Positions 1-7,842 of a DNA stretch of 25,636 nt are shown piece by piece. The translations under genes were made by a program, and so were the position numbers. The notes beneath the pieces are model-generated. The model was not told the origin of the DNA. It worked only from the letters and a program-made list of their open reading frames with translations, and did no database searches. Within the stretch, counting starts at the first letter, position 1; each line of letters begins with the position of its first letter. Source of the stretch: an uncultured Enterobacteriaceae bacterium (lineage in GTDB: Bacteria > Pseudomonadota > Gammaproteobacteria > Eutrophobiales > Eutrophobiaceae); contig CAYTIZ010000002.1 in the NCBI GenBank assembly GCA_964437885.1, positions 1-25,636 of the forward strand. Reading direction: 5' to 3'.

Positions 1-98
1 TTGCTTGTAAGTTTTATTGATTCAAGGTCGATTTGATCGGTTAAATTCTCTTTCGAAATCAGTTTTTCAGTGATAACTTTATTGAAGGGCAGTGCCAT
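1..98 (-). CDS. Partial 5' end of an unidentified protein following flgN (MALPFNKVITEKLISKENLTDQIDLESIKLTS...), running off the window
   Basis: ATG at 98-96, 8 nt after the flgN stop, with an open frame to the window edge (32 codons). No clear SD. In pseudomonads this position holds flgZ/ycgR (PilZ), but 32 aa cannot establish identity. Confidence 0.4.
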   Translation of the reverse strand, partial: MALPFNKVITEKLISKENLTDQIDLESIKLTS

Positions 99-106
99 TG
101 GTTCTA

Positions 107-538
107 TTAAACACGGGCAAGGCTGTGTTGATTATTTGTAGAGTTATTTTTACCCGTAGCGCTATAAGTGGTTTGTTTGTCAAAATTACCATTAATAATA
201 TCAAGTATTTTTCCGTTAAATAACTGGCTCATCTCTATAACACCGCCATTGATACTATTTTGTTGTTTACATTTATCAAGACAAATTTTGATTTCGCTAC
301 TTAAAGTACTTATCTCGTCTGTATCCGCGAGACCATTTTCAGCACAGAGTTGTCTTTCTTTCTCTAGTATTCCGAGTTTGTCCAATACCGTATTTTTTTC
401 TTCAGCTAATTCACTAATCGAGTCTAAATTACGATCTTTTAGCGCAAGCAGTTCTTTCTTCAAAAGAGCATACAGATCCTGCAAGGCAGATATTTCCTGT
501 TTAAGAAGCGATGTAAACCTTCCCTGATTCTCATACAT
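107..538 (-). CDS. flgN: Flagellar export chaperone FlgN
   Basis: 143 aa, helical. N-terminal 'LKQEISALQDLYALLKKELLAL', 'CKQQNSINGGVI' and C-terminal 'TTYSATGK' match the FlgN pattern. Directly follows flgM. Confidence 0.88.
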   Translation of the reverse strand: MYENQGRFTSLLKQEISALQDLYALLKKELLALKDRNLDSISELAEEKNTVLDKLGILEKERQLCAENGLADTDEISTLSSEIKICLDKCKQQNSINGGVIEMSQLFNGKILDIINGNFDKQTTYSATGKNNSTNNQHSLARV

Positions 539-540
539 GA

Positions 541-867
541 TTATGCATCTCCAACTTTACTATCTAGTAAACGTTCAAAATCAGCCATTTTTTCAGCAGT
601 TTTCTTGGAATCAACAGCATAAGTACCATCAAGAATAGCACTTCTAATTGATTCAACTCGTTTTGTATCAACAACGGGTTGTTTTTCGATACTGGCTTCA
701 AGTGCTCTGAGTTCTTCAGCTTGATCTGTTAAACTGACACTATCTTCAGCAGCACCCTGGGTTTTATTTCCAGCTGCATTCGCATGATCTCTGGCCAGAT
801 CAGCTTGTTGCTGGCTAGTAAGGGCACTCAAAAGAGCATTGTTCGAGCCTTTTATTTCATTAACCAT
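541..867 (-). CDS. flgM: Anti-sigma28 factor FlgM
   Basis: 108 aa with 'DSVSLTDQA' and 'VDTKRVESIRSAILDGTYAVDSKKTAEKM', the FlgM C-terminal signature. A sigma28 promoter lies upstream. Confidence 0.95.
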   Translation of the reverse strand: MVNEIKGSNNALLSALTSQQQADLARDHANAAGNKTQGAAEDSVSLTDQAEELRALEASIEKQPVVDTKRVESIRSAILDGTYAVDSKKTAEKMADFERLLDSKVGDA

Positions 868-897
868 ATAATTTTCACCATTAATATTGATACGAGC

Positions 898-924
898 TTA
901 TCGTCAATTCATATTAAAACTTTA
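898..924 (-). promoter_or_regulatory. sigma28 (FliA) promoter of flgMN
   Basis: Minus strand reads TAAAGTTT-N11-GACGATAA, versus consensus TAAAGTTT-N11-GCCGATAA. Confidence 0.88.
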
Positions 925-945
925 ATGTTATTTCCCTTAAAATGT

Positions 946-1707
946 CTATAAGTTCACACTTATCAAGTGTTTGTTAATAATCACGCCTTCAACTATACGC
1001 TTTGTTTTCATGTTTTTAACCTTGATTCTATCGCCAATAGCGCCTTTGGACATTGCTGTGCCTTCCATTCTGACTTCAATGACAGAATTTCTTGCTATTA
1101 CAGTGACTCTTTGTCCACGAATAATCGCCATTGCTAGTTTTACGTGGTGTTTTGTTAAAACAGCTCCTTTGGTAAGGCTTTGAGTCAATATTTTTCCTTT
1201 AAGTTGAGATATGTCATCAAAATAGCCGGATGACAAACGATTTATATTCATTTTTTGCAGAAAAATATCTTTGTCAGTTAAGACAGTATTACGTGTTAAT
1301 GCGTGTTTAAGTGTGGCGACTTTTTTGAAATTCTTTATCGATACAGGGACATATAACGACCAGGGCTTGAAATCATCACAACGCACTTTTACCGTACTGC
1401 GCCCAAGTCGTATTTCGTAGTTCTGATTAAACGCTTCAAGCGCAACAGTGCATTGATGTAATCTTAAGCGCGGGTCAAGTTTACTAACAACAACTTGTAT
1501 GTCTTCATTTTCAGTTTGTGTCTGATTTAAAATAAAGTCGTGAGCAGTTCTGGTAATCTCATGCAGAGACTGGAACTCTTTGCTGTAGACATTAGTTGAT
1601 AATGTTATTACTGCTGATAGTACGAGCAGGCTTGATGCTAATGACATCATCTGTTTATTTAAATTATTTTTATTCATCGTATTAAGTGATTCACTCGTAT
1701 TGGCCAT
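946..1707 (-). CDS. flgA: Flagellar P-ring formation chaperone FlgA
   Basis: Signal-peptide-like N-terminus, 'VSKLDPRLRLHQC', 'VRCDDFKPWSLYVPV', SAF-like region and C-terminal 'EGTAMSKGAIGDRIKVKNMKTKRIVEG'. Start placed at 1707 after AGGAG. Alternatives are 1731 or a later Met. Confidence 0.93.
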   Translation of the reverse strand: MANTSESLNTMNKNNLNKQMMSLASSLLVLSAVITLSTNVYSKEFQSLHEITRTAHDFILNQTQTENEDIQVVVSKLDPRLRLHQCTVALEAFNQNYEIRLGRSTVKVRCDDFKPWSLYVPVSIKNFKKVATLKHALTRNTVLTDKDIFLQKMNINRLSSGYFDDISQLKGKILTQSLTKGAVLTKHHVKLAMAIIRGQRVTVIARNSVIEVRMEGTAMSKGAIGDRIKVKNMKTKRIVEGVIINKHLISVNL

Positions 1708-1999
1708 AGGCTCCTGTTTTTCTAGCAGCATTCGCGCAATCTTCTAGTTGTTGTAATGATCGTGTTTCATCCTCTTTTTTTTCTGTAGTATTGTCGGCAA
1801 ATTTGCCTGATATTTTATCATTATCAATAGGGCTGCTTTTTTTCTCATGAATAAATATCTTGAACAGCCGATGAAGTAAGCCATTTAAATTTCCATAAGA
1901 TAAATCTTTAATGAGAAAGGATCGTTTACGACCAAATATGGAGAAAGGTAAGCCATGTCTGACATCAATAGTGTGTGCCTTTGTCATATCAAATTTCAT
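1691..1999 (-). CDS. Hypothetical 102-aa protein (MKFDMTKAHTIDVRHGLPF...GAYGQYE) immediately upstream of flgA
   Basis: Strong SD (CAGGAGA) 10 nt before the ATG at 1999, about 40 nt downstream of the predicted sigma54 start. The stop overlaps the flgA start by 17 nt. No recognisable domain. Confidence 0.55.
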   Translation of the reverse strand: MKFDMTKAHTIDVRHGLPFSIFGRKRSFLIKDLSYGNLNGLLHRLFKIFIHEKKSSPIDNDKISGKFADNTTEKKEDETRSLQQLEDCANAARKTGAYGQYE

Positions 2000-2051
2000 A
2001 GATATTATTCTCCTGAACCAATAAACCCGTTCTATTTCCTGTGAATGTATA

Positions 2052-2067
2052 TGCAAAGGCTATGCCT
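2052..2067 (-). promoter_or_regulatory. sigma54 -24/-12 promoter for the orf102-flgA unit
   Basis: Minus strand AGGCATAGCCTTTGCA = GG-N10-GC with TTTGC at -12. Confidence 0.8.
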
Positions 2068-2078
2068 ATTTTATTGAT

Positions 2079-2105
2079 TCAAGTTTTTCTTTAATGGGTC
2101 GATAT
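2079..2105 (+). promoter_or_regulatory. sigma28 promoter of cheV-cheR
   Basis: TCAAGTTT-N11-GTCGATAT, 32 nt upstream of the cheV ATG. Confidence 0.75.
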
Positions 2106-2137
2106 TAAACTAAGAAGCTAAATCAGGAGTCAGAACT

Positions 2138-3094
2138 ATGGCTAAAGTATTGGATAATGTGAATTCCAGAACCCAACTAGTGGGAAGGAATCGACTTGAA
2201 TTATTATTGTTCCGTTTAGATAAGAGACAACGATTTGGTATTAATGTATTTAAAGTTCGTGAGGTCATGAAATGTCCATCGTTAACTCGCGCACCACAAT
2301 CGCATCCGGTCATTCGTGGTATTGCAAATATGCGAGGTCATACTATTACAGTTATGGATCTTGCCTTGGCTGTAGGCAAACCTGCGATTGAAGACATGGA
2401 AGAAAGTTTTGTTATCGTGGCGGAATACAACAGGCATGTTCAGGGTTTTCTCGTTGCCGGTGTCGACAAAATTGTCAATATGAACTGGGAAGAGATTAAG
2501 CCGCCACCTAGTGGCATGGGGAATGTTACATTTCTGACAGCAGTTACAGAGGTTGATAATGAGTTGGTTGAGATTATTGATGTTGAAAAAGTAATGGCAG
2601 ATGTGCTGGGGTATTCCGAACATATTGATGAAAGCGTGACTAATGGAACTAGCAAAGAACAAGTAGAAAACAAGCATGTTCTGGTGGTTGATGATTCAGG
2701 TATGGCCAGAAAACAGATTATCAAAGTGCTTGAACAAATGGAGATTAAATATACCATCGCGAAAAATGGTAAAGAAGCCTATGATATTTTGCTCGAGTGG
2801 GCAAAAGACACAAGTATTCCTATTACTGAAAAATGTTCATTAGTTCTATCCGATGTAGAAATGCCGGTGATGGATGGTTATACATTAACTAAAAATATCA
2901 AGGTGCACCCTGTTCTAAATGAACTCACAGTCATGTTGCATTCTTCACTGAGTGGCGCATTTAATGAAAGTATGGTGAAAAAGGTAGGCGCGGACGATTT
3001 CATTGCTAAATATGAGCCAACAGACTTAGCTAGTCGTGTTTTAACTCATCTAAAGATTAAACCTGCTGATACAGAAACTGATCAGGCGGCATAA
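2138..3094 (+). CDS. cheV: Chemotaxis coupling protein CheV (CheW + receiver domain)
   Basis: 'NRLELLLFRL...FGINVFKVREV' CheW domain, followed by a REC domain ('VLVVDDSGMARKQI', 'SDVEMPVMDGYTL'). SD AGGAG. Confidence 0.96.
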   Translation: MAKVLDNVNSRTQLVGRNRLELLLFRLDKRQRFGINVFKVREVMKCPSLTRAPQSHPVIRGIANMRGHTITVMDLALAVGKPAIEDMEESFVIVAEYNRHVQGFLVAGVDKIVNMNWEEIKPPPSGMGNVTFLTAVTEVDNELVEIIDVEKVMADVLGYSEHIDESVTNGTSKEQVENKHVLVVDDSGMARKQIIKVLEQMEIKYTIAKNGKEAYDILLEWAKDTSIPITEKCSLVLSDVEMPVMDGYTLTKNIKVHPVLNELTVMLHSSLSGAFNESMVKKVGADDFIAKYEPTDLASRVLTHLKIKPADTETDQAA

Positions 3095-3151
3095 CAATAG
3101 ACTCTATAAATGTTTAACAATGGCTATTCAATTACATGAGGAAAACAGATT

Positions 3152-4024
3152 TTGCCAGCAGCTCAATTTCAAACAGCTTCAAGTAGTGTGGTAAACACAC
3201 CACAACAGGATACAAATGAGTATCTTGCCTTCTGTGATTATCTGGAAAAAATATCCGGTATTACGCTGGGGGAAAATAAAGCTTATCTGGTAAAGAATCG
3301 TTTACGTCCAATATTTGAAGCTCACAATGTTGAAACTTTGGCAGCCGCAACAAAAAAGATTCAAAGTGGTCAAGATCTAAAATTGAAACTTGAAATCATA
3401 GATGCTATGACTACGAATGAAACATCGTGGTTTCGAGATCAATATCCTTTTGATTATCTTCATGATGAGTTATTACCAAAATTAACAGGAAAGCGACTGT
3501 CGACACCACGAATCTGGTCTGCGGCCAGTTCTTATGGCCATGAAGCGTATTCGATGAGTATGGTTGTGGAAGAATTCATGATGAAAAATCAGGGTTGTTT
3601 TCCTGCGAGTGTTCAGATTATAGGGACAGATATTTCCTCCCGCGTCGTAAAAAGTGCATCTGCTGCCGAATATGATCGTTTATCAATGGCACGAGGGTTA
3701 TCTGAAGATAGAAAGAAAAGGTATTTTACTAAAACAGCAAATGACGTTTATAAACTCAATGAAAAAATAAAAAACAGAGTCCGATTTCAGTATCTTAATT
3801 TACTTGAAAGTTATGCAACTTTGGGTAAATTCGACATTATATTCTGTCGTAATGTATTGATTTATTTCTCAAATGAAAACAAGGCTGCGATTATGGATAA
3901 GTTTGCCAAGTCTTTGCAACATGATGGTGTACTTGTTCTGGGTGCTTCTGAAACAGTGACTAATTACAGTGAAGCTTTTGAAATGATTAAATGCCCACGC
4001 GGTGTTGTTTACCACCACTTTTAG
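3152..4024 (+). CDS. cheR: Chemotaxis protein methyltransferase CheR
   Basis: 'TTNETSWFRD', 'RIWSAASSYGHEAYS', 'IIGTDIS' and 'FDIIFCRNVLIYF' CheR motifs. TTG start after GAGG. Confidence 0.96.
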   Translation: MPAAQFQTASSSVVNTPQQDTNEYLAFCDYLEKISGITLGENKAYLVKNRLRPIFEAHNVETLAAATKKIQSGQDLKLKLEIIDAMTTNETSWFRDQYPFDYLHDELLPKLTGKRLSTPRIWSAASSYGHEAYSMSMVVEEFMMKNQGCFPASVQIIGTDISSRVVKSASAAEYDRLSMARGLSEDRKKRYFTKTANDVYKLNEKIKNRVRFQYLNLLESYATLGKFDIIFCRNVLIYFSNENKAAIMDKFAKSLQHDGVLVLGASETVTNYSEAFEMIKCPRGVVYHHF

Positions 4025-4025
4025 A

Positions 4026-4053
4026 CGTGAAACGTGAAGTGTGAACTGTGAAA
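4026..4053 (+). repeat. Heptamer tandem repeat (YGTGAAN)x4, with inverted TTCAC heptamer copies at 4120-4131
   Basis: CGTGAAA CGTGAAG TGTGAAC TGTGAAA, then degenerate CGTAGTG. TTCACTTTTCAC downstream is its reverse complement at 11/12. Confidence 0.8.
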
Positions 4054-4137
4054 CGTAGTGGGCAGCAGATGCTAGCAGCAAAGAGATGTTCTGCCATTTC
4101 TATAGTTTAATTTAGGCTTTTCACTTTTCACACCGTA

Positions 4138-4154
4138 TTGCCATATAGAGGCAA
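4138..4154. promoter_or_regulatory. Inverted repeat TTGCC-N7-GGCAA, candidate sigma54 enhancer (FleR/FlrC-type) site for flgB
   Basis: About 80-90 bp upstream of the -24 element, with an IHF consensus between the two. Resembles the CGGCAA motif reported for Vibrio cholerae FlrC. Confidence 0.5.
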
Positions 4155-4196
4155 ATCCCTTCCGCTTTACTCGGCATAAAATACCAGAATTTTACA

Positions 4197-4209
4197 TAAG
4201 CCATTGATT
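4197..4209 (-). promoter_or_regulatory. IHF consensus site upstream of the flgB sigma54 promoter
   Basis: Minus strand AATCAATGGCTTA is an exact WATCAA-N4-TTR match, positioned between the putative enhancer and the -24/-12 core. Confidence 0.65.
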
Positions 4210-4228
4210 TTTAATTAATATTCTACTC

Positions 4229-4244
4229 TGGCACGGCTGATGCA
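4229..4244 (+). promoter_or_regulatory. sigma54 promoter of the flgB operon
   Basis: TGGCACGGCTGATGCA = GG-N10-GC, 40 nt before the flgB ATG. Confidence 0.88.
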
Positions 4245-4284
4245 AAATGTCTGACATTACTTACATAATTCAGACAAAAAACTT

Positions 4285-4671
4285 ATGGACAATTTATTCG
4301 GAATACATGCAACGGCACTAAAGCTTAGAGCTAATCGAGCTGAAATATTAGCATCGAATATAGCCAATGCAGATACACCTAATTTTAAAGCGCGTGATAT
4401 TGATTTTAAACATGCGCTTAAGCTAGCAGCCAATAATAGTAGTGAGATGGTAACGACAAATGCTCGCCATATTAATAGCGCCGGACAATCAAAAAGTGGT
4501 GCAGAAATTATGTACCGAATACCTTCGCAACCCAGTCTCGATGGAAACACGGTTGATCTACAAACAGAGCGTTCCGCATTTTTAGAAAATTCTCTGATGT
4601 ATCAAGCCAGTTTGCGTTTTCTTAATGGCAAGATCAGTGGCTTGAAGGCAGCAATAAGAGGAGAGATTTAA
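4285..4671 (+). CDS. flgB: Proximal rod protein FlgB
   Basis: 'RAEILASNIANADTPNFKARDIDF' and 'SLDGNTVDLQTE'. Confidence 0.97.
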   Translation: MDNLFGIHATALKLRANRAEILASNIANADTPNFKARDIDFKHALKLAANNSSEMVTTNARHINSAGQSKSGAEIMYRIPSQPSLDGNTVDLQTERSAFLENSLMYQASLRFLNGKISGLKAAIRGEI

Positions 4672-5084
4672 TGTCTTTATTAAATATATTTGATATTGCT
4701 GGTTCGGCTATGGCAGCACAAACCATTCGCATGAATACGACTGCAAGTAATATGGCGAACCTGGAGTCGGTTAGCAGCAGTACCGGTGAAACTTATCGAG
4801 CCAGACATCCGATTTTTGAAGCTATCTATTCTGATTCCATGCGAAATGGACTGAGTAGTGGTGTTAGGGTCACAGGAATTGTAGAGAGTCAGGCTCAACT
4901 TCGTAAAGAATATCGTCCGGAGCATCCTAAGTCTGATGATGATGGGTATATATTTTATCCTAATGTTAACTCTATTGAAGAGATGACTAACATGATGTCC
5001 GCTACTCGTACGTTTCAAAATAATGTTGAAATCATTAATGCATCGAAACAGATGTTGTTGAGAACTCTAAGCATAGGTCAATAG
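4671..5084 (+). CDS. flgC: Proximal rod protein FlgC
   Basis: 'AQTIRMNTTASNMAN', 'YRPEHPKSDDDGYIFYPNVN' and 'EMTNMMSATRTFQNN'. The start overlaps the flgB stop. Confidence 0.97.
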   Translation: MSLLNIFDIAGSAMAAQTIRMNTTASNMANLESVSSSTGETYRARHPIFEAIYSDSMRNGLSSGVRVTGIVESQAQLRKEYRPEHPKSDDDGYIFYPNVNSIEEMTNMMSATRTFQNNVEIINASKQMLLRTLSIGQ

Positions 5085-5115
5085 CACTAAGTAAGAATAT
5101 TTATAGGAACAAATT

Positions 5116-5793
5116 ATGGCAAATTCAAACACGATATTACCGGCTGAACTGCAAAATCTTGCACTAAAACAACCCGAGGCGAAGAAGGCAAGCGATGGTC
5201 TTGATCAAGATGCTTTTCTTAAATTGATGTTAACGCAAATAAAAAACCAGAATCCGTTAAGTCCAATGGAAAGTGGTGATTTTCTCAGCCAGATGGCTCA
5301 ATTCGGAACGGTGAATGGTATTACTGAATTAAATAATTCATTTGCAACCTTATCCAGTTCTTTGCAATCAAGTCAGGCACTTCAGGCTTCTACGATGGTG
5401 GGGAATACAGTACTCGTTCCTGGCAATACATCAGAATTAGTCAGCGGTGGTCAGATAACAGGTGCGGTAGATTTAAGTAACTCTACTTCTAATCTGGTGT
5501 TGAATATTTCAGATGCAACAGGGCAAACCGTCAGGCAAGTTGATTTGGGATTACACACAGGCGGTTTAACAAAATTTACCTGGGATGGATTAGATAATAG
5601 TGGCAATCCATTGCCAAGTGGTTCCTACACGATTGAAGCAGTTGGATTGATAGGCGGTGAAGCAGTAGCACAATCAGTATTAATCAATGCAAAGGTTGAA
5701 AGTGTCACCTTGAGCAAAAATGGCGGCGAACCTTTATTAAATCTTGGTGAACTGGGTACGGTAAGTATCAGCCAAGTAAGAGAAATAATGTAA
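5116..5793 (+). CDS. flgD: Hook capping protein FlgD
   Basis: 'LDQDAFLKLMLTQIKNQNPLSPM...FLSQMAQF' and 'FTWDGLDNSGNPLPSGSY'. Confidence 0.97.
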   Translation: MANSNTILPAELQNLALKQPEAKKASDGLDQDAFLKLMLTQIKNQNPLSPMESGDFLSQMAQFGTVNGITELNNSFATLSSSLQSSQALQASTMVGNTVLVPGNTSELVSGGQITGAVDLSNSTSNLVLNISDATGQTVRQVDLGLHTGGLTKFTWDGLDNSGNPLPSGSYTIEAVGLIGGEAVAQSVLINAKVESVTLSKNGGEPLLNLGELGTVSISQVREIM

Positions 5794-5828
5794 ATCGAAG
5801 CACGTGATCAAATTACAGGAGAAAGACA

Positions 5829-7043
5829 ATGGCATTTAGAGTAGCAATTAGTGGCTTGAAAGCAGCCTCAAGTGAGTTAGATGTGATCGGAAATAATATC
5901 GCAAACTCAAATACAGCAGGTTTTAAGAAATCACGTGCTGAGTTTGTTGATGTATTCGCTGTGTCGAGTGTCGGTGGCAGTGGTAATACGCCGGGCAGTG
6001 GTGTGCGTCTTTCCGCAATTAGACAACAATTTACACAAGGTAATATTGCTTTTACAGACAATAACCTTGATATGGCAATCAATGGTAATGGTTTTTTTAT
6101 CCTTGATGATGGCGGTACGCAAATCTATTCTCGTAGTGGTGCATTTGGTGTTGATCGAAATGGATTCCTGGCTAATGCGCAAGGTCAAAATTTGATTGCC
6201 TTTGGCGCTGATACTTCTGGGAATATAACGGGTGCAGCAGGACCGATACAAGTGAATACGGCAAACATCGCGCCACAGGCCAGTTCAACAATGACGATTG
6301 ATTTAAATCTGGATGCAGCTCAAGGAGTACCTGCTGTCGGTGTATTCAGTGCAACGAATCCGAATTCATTTAACCATTCAACCTCAACAACTGTTTTTGA
6401 TAGTTTGGGTAATTCTCATCTGGTTTCTATGTATTATGTGAAAACAGCGACTGCCAACCAATGGCAAGCCTATTCGTTTGTCGATGGTGCCCAGGTTGAT
6501 GGACCAGATGCATTAAATTTTTCTAGCTCAGGCGTATTAACTACGCCGGCAGGTGGTGTCATAACAACACCGTCATTCACCCCGACAGGTGGTGGCGCGG
6601 CAATGACACTGGCACAGGATTATTCCGCATCAACTCAATACGGTAGTGCATTTTCAGTGAATGCATTAGCTCAGAATGGTTTTACCACAGGCCGACTCAG
6701 TGGGCTGGATATTGATGGTGAAGGAATTATTTTTGCCAGATTCACAAATGGTCAATCCGCTGTACAAGGTCAGATTGCGTTGGCCAATTTTCGTAATGTT
6801 CAAGGTCTGCAACCAGTCAGTGATACAGCCTGGGGCGAAACCTTTACATCTGGTGCCGTTACGATTGGTTCCCCAGGAACAGCAAGTCTGGGTTTATTGC
6901 AGTCGGGGGCATTAGAACAATCGAACACGGATTTGTCTGAAGAACTGGTGAATATGATCATTGCACAACGCTCATTTCAGGCGAATGCAGAAGTTATTCA
7001 GACTTCAGACACAGTAACCCAATCAATTATTAACCTGAGATAA
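5829..7043 (+). CDS. flgE: Hook protein FlgE
   Basis: 'LDVIGNNIANSNTAGFKKSR', 'LDMAINGNGFF', 'VFDSLGNSH' and 'GALEQSNTDLSEELVNMIIAQRSFQAN'. Confidence 0.97.
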   Translation: MAFRVAISGLKAASSELDVIGNNIANSNTAGFKKSRAEFVDVFAVSSVGGSGNTPGSGVRLSAIRQQFTQGNIAFTDNNLDMAINGNGFFILDDGGTQIYSRSGAFGVDRNGFLANAQGQNLIAFGADTSGNITGAAGPIQVNTANIAPQASSTMTIDLNLDAAQGVPAVGVFSATNPNSFNHSTSTTVFDSLGNSHLVSMYYVKTATANQWQAYSFVDGAQVDGPDALNFSSSGVLTTPAGGVITTPSFTPTGGGAAMTLAQDYSASTQYGSAFSVNALAQNGFTTGRLSGLDIDGEGIIFARFTNGQSAVQGQIALANFRNVQGLQPVSDTAWGETFTSGAVTIGSPGTASLGLLQSGALEQSNTDLSEELVNMIIAQRSFQANAEVIQTSDTVTQSIINLR

Positions 7044-7058
7044 GGAGAAAATTGAGCC

Positions 7059-7799
7059 ATGGATAAATCACTTTATCTTTCAATGACGGCGGCGACTAAT
7101 ACCCAGACCAGTCAGGCAATCGTTGCGAGTAATATGGCTAATATAAATATGCCAGCTTTTAAGGCAGATTTGGAACAATTCAGATCGATGCCTGTGTTTG
7201 GTGATGGATATGCATCTCGTGTTTATGCCATGGCTGAAAGACCCGGTATCGACTATACACCGGGTAATATCTTTAAAACGGGTAACCCACTTGATGTTGC
7301 CATCAATGGGGAAGGTTGGTTAGTTGTTCAAGCTTTGGATGGAAGCCAGGCCTACACACGCAGAGGAGACTTGCGATTAAATACGTCTGGTTTTTTAGAA
7401 AATGGAAATGGCTATCTTGTGTATGGCAATGGTGGACCCATCGCCTTACCTTTAGCAGAAGAAATTCTTATTGGTTCCGATGGCACGATTAGTATCCGTC
7501 CATTGGGTCAATCAGAAAAAGAATTGGCTGTCATAGATCGACTTCGATTAGTTAATCCTGATATTAAGGATATCAATAAATCTGCTGATGGCTTATTTCG
7601 ATTGCGCAATGGCGAGTTAGCACCTGTTGATGCTTCTGTTCAAGTGGTTCCAGAATCATTAGAAACCAGTAATGTAAGTATGGTTGGGGCGATGTCCCGG
7701 ATGATTGAAACGGCACGTCTATTTGAACTGAACATCAAGGCGATGTCTGCAGCAGAAGAGAACGACGAAGTAGCAACGCGGATACTCGCACTAAATTAA
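7059..7799 (+). CDS. flgF: Rod protein FlgF
   Basis: 'ASNMANINMPAFKAD', 'TGNPLDVAINGEGW', 'AYTRRGDL' and 'LETSNVS'. Confidence 0.96.
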   Translation: MDKSLYLSMTAATNTQTSQAIVASNMANINMPAFKADLEQFRSMPVFGDGYASRVYAMAERPGIDYTPGNIFKTGNPLDVAINGEGWLVVQALDGSQAYTRRGDLRLNTSGFLENGNGYLVYGNGGPIALPLAEEILIGSDGTISIRPLGQSEKELAVIDRLRLVNPDIKDINKSADGLFRLRNGELAPVDASVQVVPESLETSNVSMVGAMSRMIETARLFELNIKAMSAAEENDEVATRILALN

Positions 7800-7842
7800 C
7801 AATTTTTTAACGAACAAAGTTCGATAGAATTGGAGAAAGAAA

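Noticed and set aside
168-527. 119-aa + strand ORF
   Set aside because: Antisense shadow of flgN. No SD, and the hydrophobic/Ser bias is explained by the complement of Lys/Glu codons.
1807-1825. Fur-box-like GATAATGATAAAATATCAG (minus strand)
   Set aside because: Only 12/19 to consensus in AT-rich DNA, inside orf102 and far from the promoter.
1955-2044. 29-codon + strand ORF (MSDINSVCLCHIKF...) preceded by GGAGAAAGG
   Set aside because: Antisense to orf102 and across the sigma54 start site, with no + strand promoter visible. The SD-like sequence is the complement of orf102 codons for Leu-Pro-Phe-Ser.
2000-2056. Upstream extension of the 121-aa ORF call (MHIHSQ...)
   Set aside because: The ATG at 2056 lies within the sigma54 -12 element, upstream of the start site. 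The real SD precedes the ATG at 1999.
2067-2079. IHF-like AATCAATAAAATA next to the flgA-unit -24
   Set aside because: Lacks the TTR element and is unusually close to the core.
5949-6005. Extended L-stretch-like segment in FlgE (DVFAVSSVGGSGNTPGSGV)
   Set aside because: Longer than in Salmonella but typical of Pseudomonas/Vibrio-type hooks.
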